Shown here in pieces: positions 23,843 through 31,234 of a stretch of DNA of 34,787 nt (its first letter is position 1; every line of letters begins with the position of its first letter). The notes beneath the pieces were generated by a model that saw nothing but the letters and a program-made list of their open reading frames with translations, was not told the DNA's origin and did not search any database. Both the position numbers and the translations under genes were made by a program. Source of the DNA: Nitrospirota bacterium (GTDB taxonomy: Bacteria > Nitrospirota > UBA9217); the NCBI GenBank assembly GCA_035623825.1, contig DASPSR010000015.1, forward strand, positions 1 through 34,787. The letters run 5' to 3'.

Positions 23843-24031
23843 ATGTATAAGATTGAAATCTTGGAGAAAAAGCGTCTGGAAAAAGGATTGAGCTATACGG
23901 AAATTGCTGATAAATTAGGGATGCATAAAGTCACGGTATCACGGACGCTCAAGGGGATGACCATGAAGCCCCGGACGGTGAAACTACTGGCCGATTACCT
24001 CGGTGTGGAGATGGAGAGGATCGTCCAGTAA
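23843..24031 (+). CDS. Cro/XRE-family stand-alone HTH regulator (62 aa)
   Basis: RLEKGLSYTEIADKLGMHKVTVSRTLKG...TVKLLADYLGV; SD GGAGG before ATG 23843. Confidence 0.9.
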   Translation: MYKIEILEKKRLEKGLSYTEIADKLGMHKVTVSRTLKGMTMKPRTVKLLADYLGVEMERIVQ

Positions 24032-24131
24032 CGTCGGCCTGAGGCTCCGTTTGGCATCCATTAGGTTCAATCTCATCAGTTTATGAAAAGGGTAAGGGAT
24101 ATGTGCGCCTTACCCTTTGTCGTGTGAACCT

Positions 24132-25001
24132 CTACTCATCGGATTTCTCGGCTCTCTCCTCAAACTCTGCAATCATTTCCTCATCTTGCTCATCAATTTC
24201 ATACACCTTCTCGTCAGCATTCTTTGTCGTCAGATCTTCTCCTCGATCCCAGAGCTCCCGATGTACGAAGGGTTTGATGGCCACCGGTAACGACGGGTCC
24301 TCATAGAGTTCTCTCAAGGACATGATCCTCATCTGCTGTAGGAAGCGTACGGACGACGACAATGGCGTATGGGCGTTTCTAACGAGCGAGTACCGTATCA
24401 GGGAGCGACAGGACCAGCTAGGGTGCTCAGCGATCATCCGAATGGTGCCGGCAACGGTTTCAGCGCGGCTGATGACCTTGTACAGAAGCCCTTCCACCAG
24501 ATAAGGATTATTGAGGCTGATCTGCACCACTTCGGGATCGCTATCCTGCAGTAGCTTGAGCAGGATGTTTCCCGCTGCCTTCTTGGCCAGGGTTTTCTTG
24601 TTTCCAAGGGGCATCGTTGCAATGCGCTCCATGATGATCGCTTCGACCTTGTGCCTAAAGGTAAGCGGAATGAAATGGCAATGCGTAATCTCCTCCAGAT
24701 CGAAGAGACGAAGGTAGCGCGCGATCGAGAGGGAGATCGAAAGCGGAGACTTGGGATTCCTGGCGAGCGCAAGACGCACAGGGTAGCTTTCGGCCCAGCG
24801 CTTGTCCCTGGCGATAGTCTCAAGGACATCGGACGGGATGTTCTTCCTGTTCGCAATGATTAGAACCTCTTCCTCTGCGAGAAGCCTGTTCAGTAGCAGC
24901 GCCCTTATGACCTTTGGAGAGGGATCATGGACATACCGCGCGATCTCCCCCTCATTCGCCAAAGCAGCCAGCTCGACTCTCCTGTTCTCTGGATCATGCA
25001 T
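24132..25001 (-). CDS. Alpha-helical repeat protein (LRV/HEAT-like) with an internal duplication and acidic tail; start at 25001, not 25235
   Basis: Two homologous units (..W...YPVRLALARNPKSPLS and ..W...SLIRYSLVRNAHTPLS). The ATG lies 7 nt after a consensus TATAAT, and the longer start would overlap the HNH gene. Confidence 0.8.
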   Translation of the reverse strand: MHDPENRRVELAALANEGEIARYVHDPSPKVIRALLLNRLLAEEEVLIIANRKNIPSDVLETIARDKRWAESYPVRLALARNPKSPLSISLSIARYLRLFDLEEITHCHFIPLTFRHKVEAIIMERIATMPLGNKKTLAKKAAGNILLKLLQDSDPEVVQISLNNPYLVEGLLYKVISRAETVAGTIRMIAEHPSWSCRSLIRYSLVRNAHTPLSSSVRFLQQMRIMSLRELYEDPSLPVAIKPFVHRELWDRGEDLTTKNADEKVYEIDEQDEEMIAEFEERAEKSDE

Positions 25002-25002
25002 T

Positions 25003-25059
25003 AAACGTATTATACGTTTTTTCAAGCCTATTGACAAATTCTTAAGTTTTCTGTATTTT
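25003..25059. promoter_or_regulatory. Bidirectional sigma70 promoter with overlapping -35 boxes and a palindromic operator candidate
   Basis: Plus strand: TTGACA(25031-36)-N17-TATTTT(25054-59). Minus strand: TTGTCA(25037-32)-N17-TATAAT(25014-09). AAACGTAT-T-ATACGTTT lies at 25003-19. Confidence 0.7.
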
Positions 25060-25146
25060 GTTAGCTCAACAGCGTGAATTTTTTGAAGGTTTTCGGTTCT
25101 CCGGGATATTTCGTCATCAGTCCTCTGGTATCCTCCGAGGGTTGCA

Positions 25147-25683
25147 ATGGAACGAACGCTTCTCCTGAATGCGACATTCGAGCCGCTAAAGATCATCTCC
25201 TGGCAAAGAGCGATCACCCTGCTCACCCAGGGCAAGGTGGAGGTGATCGACTTTTACGACCGGGACATCCGGGGTGTGTCCATTACCTTCAAGCTTCCCT
25301 CCATCCTTCGTCTTCTCAAACTTGTCAAAGTGAGGCGTACCAGCAGGGAGGTTCGGTTCTCGCGGGCCAACATATACCAGCGCGACAAATACACCTGCCA
25401 GTACTGCGGAGTCAGGTATGCCGCCGAGGACCTCACGTTCGACCACGTGATACCGCAGGTACAAGGCGGCGAAGCCACGTGGGAGAACATAGTCACGGCA
25501 TGTCTTGCCTGCAATAACAAGAAGGGCGGAAGTACCCCTCGTGAGGCGGGAATGAGGCTGATCAGGCCTCCCGTAAAACCAAAGTGGATGCCCGTGGTCA
25601 CGCTGACGTTCGGTATCAAGAACGCCCCGTTGAGTTGGGGAGACTATCTCTACTGGAATATTGAACTGAACAAAGATGGATAA
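25147..25683 (+). CDS. HNH endonuclease (McrA-like/COG1403-type)
   Basis: LLLNATFEPL, RDKYTCQYCG, TFDHVIP...GG..TWENIVTACLACNNKKG; SD GAGG. Confidence 0.93.
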   Translation: MERTLLLNATFEPLKIISWQRAITLLTQGKVEVIDFYDRDIRGVSITFKLPSILRLLKLVKVRRTSREVRFSRANIYQRDKYTCQYCGVRYAAEDLTFDHVIPQVQGGEATWENIVTACLACNNKKGGSTPREAGMRLIRPPVKPKWMPVVTLTFGIKNAPLSWGDYLYWNIELNKDG

Positions 25684-25791
25684 CGCGGCCCCTCGATGTT
25701 CAGTCGTTACATCGTTCCTCCTCGTATCTCCTCGTTCCAAGATGTGATTTGAATCACCTTGCTGTAATCATCTCTGCACCGCTCATTTTCC

Positions 25792-25820
25792 TTGTCAATC
25801 CGATCATTTGATGCTATATT
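25792..25820 (+). promoter_or_regulatory. Sigma70 promoter for the outer-membrane protein gene
   Basis: TTGTCA-N17-TATATT with extended -10 TG. Confidence 0.6.
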
Positions 25821-25862
25821 CCGTATCGTTATGCGGAGATTTCACGAAGAGGAGGCAAAGAG

Positions 25863-26501
25863 ATGAATGTATGGATGAAAAGAATGATCATGCTGTTCAC
25901 CTGCTCTCTGCTTGTTCTATCCTCCGGACGAGCTGACGCATTTATTCGCTTTACGCAAAACGAATTTACCACCGGTGAAAGTCTTGACCCGGGGATGACG
26001 CAGATGGGAGTCTTCTTTACCCTGGGAGACGATTACAAGAGCTTCTATCCGGCGATACGCTACGGGCTCGGAGCCCTGTTTGAGTTCGGGACAAGGTTCG
26101 GAGCGACTTCTGGGAGTTTCGATTCAGGAGACAAGCTTGGCGGACTCATCGGCATAGATCTGAAGTACCAACTTATCAAACAGACCGAAGAAATCCCCGT
26201 CGATATGGCGTTGGATCTGGGATTGGACAACACGATCATAAACAATGGGAATGCAACGGAATTGACATTCTCAGCCATTTTCAGCAGAGGATTTCCGCTC
26301 ACGGAAAGGGGATACAAGCTTGTTCCCTATGGGGGGCTGCAGATGTCGGCCCTCTATGGTTCCTTGATTCCTAACAATACAACAACTGTATACGGCTTCG
26401 CTGGTTTGGAGTGGAAGATCAGCCAGAAAGTCGGGTTTCTTATGGAAATCAAGACCGGCACCGTCACATTGGGCGGCATCGGTATCAGATTTGAGTATTA
26501 G
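25863..26501 (+). CDS. Putative outer-membrane beta-barrel protein
   Basis: Signal peptide ending ADA; Gly/aromatic alternating strands; C-terminal IRFEY; SD GGAGG. Confidence 0.75.
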   Translation: MNVWMKRMIMLFTCSLLVLSSGRADAFIRFTQNEFTTGESLDPGMTQMGVFFTLGDDYKSFYPAIRYGLGALFEFGTRFGATSGSFDSGDKLGGLIGIDLKYQLIKQTEEIPVDMALDLGLDNTIINNGNATELTFSAIFSRGFPLTERGYKLVPYGGLQMSALYGSLIPNNTTTVYGFAGLEWKISQKVGFLMEIKTGTVTLGGIGIRFEY

Positions 26502-26590
26502 GACCGGCCGCGCGGCAGACCCGACCAAAACATGTGATACGCAATCCCTATGGATCGCGAGAGAGCAGTACCAATGACAGGATTGTAAGA

Positions 26591-27079
26591 ATGCCGTCGT
26601 TTCCGCTTTCAGGCAAAATTCAGAGCACTCCCCTTCCAGTGATCCTGGAGAGCCTGCAGAAGGAAAAAGCCACGGGAACACTGGTTGTGCGTCTCAGGAA
26701 TGTTGAGAAATGCATCCATATTAAGGACGGACAGATCATTTTTGCCATGTCCACAGACAAACTAGACCGCCTCGGCGAGACACTCGTGCGAGAGGGCATG
26801 CTTTCGAGGGAAAAAATGGAGGCCGCTCTCAAGCTGCACAGCAAGGGCGTTGGTTTCAAAAAGCTCGGTGCAGTCCTGGTAGAGAATGGCTTTCTTTCCC
26901 CGAAGGACCTATTCAGCGGGTTGAAGATCCAGGTGAAGAACATCATCTACAGCCTCTTTTTGTGGGAGGATGCCGAGTATCGTTTCGAAGAGCGCCTACC
27001 TGCCGACATCATTAAGCTGCAGATAAACCTGCAGGATCTTCTCGTGGAGATCATCAAGCGAATGAAGCGGGAAGCATAG
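26591..27079 (+). CDS. DUF4388-like (PATAN-like) domain protein
   Basis: LSGKI...LP.IL..L.....TGTL, I.DGQIIFA, DRLGETLV..G and LFLWEDAEYRF patterns. Confidence 0.8.
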   Translation: MPSFPLSGKIQSTPLPVILESLQKEKATGTLVVRLRNVEKCIHIKDGQIIFAMSTDKLDRLGETLVREGMLSREKMEAALKLHSKGVGFKKLGAVLVENGFLSPKDLFSGLKIQVKNIIYSLFLWEDAEYRFEERLPADIIKLQINLQDLLVEIIKRMKREA

Positions 27080-27235
27080 GATGCGGTTCTTCTCTACTGC
27101 CTGTCCTCCCGGCTTCCATCAACCTGCATTTTCATCAGCTCACACCGCAGCTGCCACTTTTCTATTGTCCTTTCTTCTTGCTCTCAAGTTGCGCTGAAAA
27201 AAACTCTGTCACTTCGGGGTTTGCTGATTTTCTAT

Positions 27236-27264
27236 TTGCTCTTTAGCCGCTTGTTTGCTATATT
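27236..27264 (+). promoter_or_regulatory. Sigma70 promoter about 340 bp upstream of the DUF3786-like gene
   Basis: TTGCTC-N17-TATATT with extended -10 TG. Confidence 0.55.
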
Positions 27265-27270
27265 TACTGC

Positions 27271-27580
27271 ATTGTTCTTTGACAATCAGTATGGGGTTGT
27301 CGTCAGTCAAGGTTGACGGCATAAAACTGATACCCGCACTTGCATCCACGATATCGATGATCGTGAATCCATTCACTGTCACCGTGAATAAGGACACCAG
27401 TCCCGAAACCAGGGCTTTTGGAGTTGCGGCTGCCTGGCACAGCTTGAGGTCAACAGGATTTCTTGGAGGAATACCGGACATCAGCCCACGGATCGGGGAC
27501 GTTCACAAGCACGCCATATAAAAAGTCACTTCTGATTCGGATTCCCCGGTCTACGGGCCGGGGAGGATGTAATCCCCCCA
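27271..27580 (+). ncRNA. Candidate structured leader or sRNA
   Basis: Consecutive hairpins start at the predicted TSS and end in a 10-bp stem capped by a cUACGg tetraloop (27542-65). Confidence 0.4.
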
Positions 27581-27604
27581 AACTACGCACGGAACGGAGT
27601 TAAT

Positions 27605-28174
27605 GTGAAAGCCCTGGAGCACAGCTCATTCCCGAAATTGGCCGACCGGATCAACGCCCTCTACAACGAAGAAGAAGATGCCCTGCTGCTCGCCATGTTT
27701 GGCCAGGAATACGTCGTCCGCCACGGAGGGATCTTTCTCCACGGGCAAAAGGCTCCCGAGGGGCATGCAGCTGTGATTGTCGACTATCTGTTCTCCGACG
27801 GCACAACGCTGGCCATGACGCCTTGGTGCACTATCAGTGATTTCTCGGTCAGTCCGGCGCCTGCCTTCAGGAAGAAAGTAGAGCTGCCAATTGTACAGTA
27901 CGCGGCCGAGATCATTACGCGATCGAAAGCCCTCCTGCCGATGCTTGATGCCAAAGAGGTGCCGAGCCTCATTAACAGCGATATGGCTATCATCGTGAGA
28001 GCCCTTCCGAAGGTGTACCTGCGCGTCGAGTTGGCGCAGGAGACCCAGGATTTTCCCGCCGAGGTGTGGATCCTGTTTTCAAACAATGCGGATGATTTTC
28101 TAAGTGTATCTAGCCTGCAAACGTTGGCGGAGATTTTTAAAGACAGGCTTCTGAGCCTGCTCAGGATATACTAA
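27605..28174 (+). CDS. DUF3786-like protein
   Basis: L.MFGQEY.V, VIVDYL, ALPKV.L......DFPAEV.ILF..NA..FL patterns; GTG start after SD GGAG. Confidence 0.7.
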   Translation: MKALEHSSFPKLADRINALYNEEEDALLLAMFGQEYVVRHGGIFLHGQKAPEGHAAVIVDYLFSDGTTLAMTPWCTISDFSVSPAPAFRKKVELPIVQYAAEIITRSKALLPMLDAKEVPSLINSDMAIIVRALPKVYLRVELAQETQDFPAEVWILFSNNADDFLSVSSLQTLAEIFKDRLLSLLRIY

Positions 28175-28266
28175 ATTGGAAGAAGTCAGAAGGCGGAATT
28201 CAATGATTCACGATGCGCCTGACTCCCCTTGCTGAAGTCTATCTTTCTTCCCCGGGACGGTATTTC

Positions 28267-28992
28267 ATGACTGCTGCCTTAACTGCAAGAGACCGTCTTG
28301 TCCTCGCCCTGGATGTCGACAGTGACCGGGAAGCACTCGAGATTGTTGCTGAACTCAAGGATGACCTGGGCATGTTCAAGGTCGGTCATCAACTCTTCAC
28401 GGCTTACGGTCCCGACATTGTCCGTAGGATCACCGGCAGAGGCGGAAAGGTATTTCTCGACCTCAAATACCATGACATTCCGAACACCGTGGCAAAGGCC
28501 TCTGCCGAGGCTGTGAAGCTTGGCGTCAGCATATTCAATGTCCACGCGCTCGGCGGGCTCGACATGATGAAGGCGACCGCTGAATCCGTGAGAGAGACGG
28601 CTGAACGGCACAATCTGCCGGCGCCTATTGTGCTCGCGGTCACGATCCTGACAAGCATAGATGAGAAGAGCCTGCGCCGGGAACTGAAGATAACTCGCTC
28701 GCTTCAGCGGGAAGTGTGCCACTTGGCACGGCTTGCTCAACGAGCCGGCATGCATGGCGTGGTCGCGTCGCCTCAGGAAGTCAAAATCTTGCGCCGGACG
28801 GTGCGCGGAAACTTCATTATTCTCACCCCGGGCGTGCGGCCTGCCTGGGCCGGCAAGGACGACCAGAAGAGGATCATGACGCCTGCCGAGGCCTTTGCGG
28901 TCGGAGCAGACTACCTCGTGGTTGGAAGACCGGTTCTAAAGGCGAAAGACCGGAAGTCGGCGGTGAAGAGAATCCTTGAAGAACTGGAATAA
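28267..28992 (+). CDS. pyrF: Orotidine 5'-phosphate decarboxylase
   Basis: LALD, FKVG, catalytic FLDLKYHDIPNTV, AVTILTS, TPGVRP, DDQKR and VVGRP; ATG 28267 is the likelier start. Confidence 0.97.
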   Translation: MTAALTARDRLVLALDVDSDREALEIVAELKDDLGMFKVGHQLFTAYGPDIVRRITGRGGKVFLDLKYHDIPNTVAKASAEAVKLGVSIFNVHALGGLDMMKATAESVRETAERHNLPAPIVLAVTILTSIDEKSLRRELKITRSLQREVCHLARLAQRAGMHGVVASPQEVKILRRTVRGNFIILTPGVRPAWAGKDDQKRIMTPAEAFAVGADYLVVGRPVLKAKDRKSAVKRILEELE

Positions 28993-29189
28993 AAATTAGT
29001 GAGCCGCCAGGGAACTTAGGAATGCAAGAAAAGGCTGGGGTGACGGCAAATAACGTGTTCAAATTCAGGGGACTTCTCAGGGGGCTGTTGAACATCCGAT
29101 CCGGGAGATGCAGCCTTGATTTGGGATTATCACTTTTCTCCACATGCCCTGATGAACTCTGCTGCAAATAAATCTAAGGGGCATTGACT

Positions 29190-29765
29190 ATGACTTCAGA
29201 TCAGGTATTAGACATTTACAAGATGACCGGGGCGTTGCTCACGGGACACTTCCTGCTCTCGTCAGGCCTTCATAGCGAGCAGTATCTTCAATCCGCGCTC
29301 GTGCTCCAGCAGCCGGATATGGCGACCAAACTCTGCGCCGCACTGGCTGAGTATTTCAAGGATTCCAAGATTGAGGTCGTCATTGCGCCTGCGCTTGGCG
29401 GAGTGTTCGTATCTCACGAAACGGCACGAGCCCTTGGTGTCCGCGCACTTTTCGCCGAGCGGGTATCGGGCGAACTCACGCTTCGACGCGGGTTCTCCAT
29501 AAAACCGGGGGAGCGCGTGCTCGTCGTGGAGGATGTGATCACAACGGGGAAATCGACAAAGGAGACCATAGAAGTCGTTGAGAAGGCCGGAGGCGTGGTA
29601 ATCGCTGCAGGATCTCTGGTGGACCGCTCCGGTGGTAAGGCCGATCTGGGCGTTCCTTACAAATCCCTCTTAACTCTCGATGTCCCGACTTATTCCCCTG
29701 AGGCCTGCCCCCTGTGCAGGGCAGGGAGCATACCGATAAAGCCGGGGAGCAGGATGTTGAAATAA
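29190..29765 (+). CDS. pyrE: Orotate phosphoribosyltransferase
   Basis: GHFLLSSGLHS..Y, PRPP motif VVEDVITTGKS and VDRSGG; follows pyrF. Confidence 0.96.
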   Translation: MTSDQVLDIYKMTGALLTGHFLLSSGLHSEQYLQSALVLQQPDMATKLCAALAEYFKDSKIEVVIAPALGGVFVSHETARALGVRALFAERVSGELTLRRGFSIKPGERVLVVEDVITTGKSTKETIEVVEKAGGVVIAAGSLVDRSGGKADLGVPYKSLLTLDVPTYSPEACPLCRAGSIPIKPGSRMLK

Positions 29766-30088
29766 ATGATGTTCCAGATGTATGAAGCGATTACTGAAAA
29801 ACCAGCGTAACTATTACGGAGACATAACAAGAAGAATGGGATAGGGCTACCGTGTCTGTAATGCATGAGTTTTTTAATAATGTAGCCGGCCAGAAATCGT
29901 ATCGATACGATCCAGATTACGGGCAAGTGATAGCCGACTTCAATCTCGAGGCAATTGCCGATGACCTAATGGATTCCCGGTATCATTGAAACCCATCCAG
30001 CAGTTACCGGTGATCATTTTCCCCCGCCGCAACATAATGATACCCTCTATATAGTCAACCCCAATCTTTTCGTCGTTCGTCGGAATCC

Positions 30089-31063
30089 CTAATGCATGAA
30101 ATACTGCGAGATATACCTGAACGCCAGAGATACAATCATGATCCCGAGCATGACCTTGATGTATCTGAGGAATAAATTTCTGGAGGCGAGCGCCGATGTA
30201 CATGCCGACGAAGCCGCCGATGCCGAATAGAAAGCCCAGCGCCCAGTCAGGGGAGACGAAGAGCCCCTTTGCTGTCGGCAGGGTGCTGTAAAAAACCACG
30301 CCTGCGATCGACGTCAGGAATGTTCCAAATAGAGCAGCTCCCTCCGCTGTGTAGACCGGCAGATGGAATGCACTTACGCAGAACGGGGCGATGATGGCCC
30401 CGCCGCCTATGCCGTATGTTCCGCCGCCGACTCCGACCACGAAGGCAAGCAGAAACATCGCAGGAACGCTGAACCGGAACCGTTCGCCCCAAAACTCATA
30501 TTCAATGGTCCTGAGATTAAACGTAATGGTTTTGACCACTGCTTCCGGCGGGAGTCCTGCCGCCGCTGCGAATGGCGCTTTTCCTTAATGAGGCTAGCCC
30601 TTTCTGCGAACTTCTGGTCCAACACGTTCATATTGGCCTTTTTAGCCTGTGCTTTGCCGGAAACCTCATACAAGAGACGTCCGCCGATGTAGAATAGAAC
30701 CAGACCGACAAAGAACTTAAAAGTTCGTGGGTTGGGTAAGTAAAGAATTCTGAGATAATAACCGAAAAATACACCAGGCAGGGTCCCCACGATCATGACC
30801 CATGTGAGGGGCCAGGCCATCCGCCCTTCTTTGAAGTAGCGGTATATGCCACTTGGGATTACGACGATATTGTATACGATATTCGTTGAGCTAACTGCGG
30901 GGCTGGTGAAGCCAAGTATGCTCATCTGAAAAGGAAGGAGGATGAACGCTCCGGATACACCTGCCATGGATGTGAAGCTCGACACCAGGAGCGCGACAAG
31001 AGGAGGGAGAAAAACCCATGTTTTTACTCCGGAAATGGGGAAAAGTACATATAGAACGTCCAC
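30089..31063 (-). pseudogene. TauE/SafE (sulfite exporter, DUF81) family gene with two frameshifts
   Basis: SMAGVSGAFILLP in frame A and GGTYGIGGGAIIAP..GARLQKFIPQ in frame B (shift near 30570). The final helix YIKVMLGIMIVSLAFRYISQYFMH-stop is back in frame A (shift near 30163). Confidence 0.85.
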
Positions 31064-31177
31064 AACGCAAGTGTAACATAAAAATTAGTCATACTAAACA
31101 TAAAAGTGTTTCCGTTTTTTTCTGTCTGTAGTGCGATCGGTTAGATTTTTCACCAAAGTGGGCAATAAAATTAGTGT

Positions 31178-31205
31178 TTGACGCGGTTTTGGATTTTGAT
31201 ATAAT
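31178..31205 (+). promoter_or_regulatory. Sigma70 promoter for the sigma factor gene
   Basis: TTGACG-N16-TATAAT with extended -10 TG. Confidence 0.7.
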
Positions 31206-31234
31206 TTAAACAGAGAAGATGAAAGGCAGGAAGC

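Noticed and set aside
25002-25235. N-terminal 78 aa of the 367-aa minus ORF overlapping the HNH gene
   Set aside because: It runs through AT-rich promoter DNA and antisense to HNH; the promoter geometry points to a start at 25001.
25147-25683. HNH as an IscB/Cas9-like RNA-guided nuclease
   Set aside because: Only 178 aa, with no RuvC or PLMP motifs and no CRISPR array or long adjacent ncRNA.
27293-27370. TPP riboswitch, suggested by GGGGT...ATACCCG
   Set aside because: No UGAGA and no CCUGAU...AAU.C.AGCG.AGG second half.
27209-27517. Minus-strand selenoprotein M-A-C-L-UGA extending the 90-aa ORF
   Set aside because: No SD, no recognisable selenoprotein family, no SECIS I can support, and the region is better explained as a plus-strand transcript.
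28993-29189. PyrR-binding attenuator between pyrF and pyrE
   Set aside because: No AGUCC.G.GAGG-type loop and no U-tailed terminator seen.
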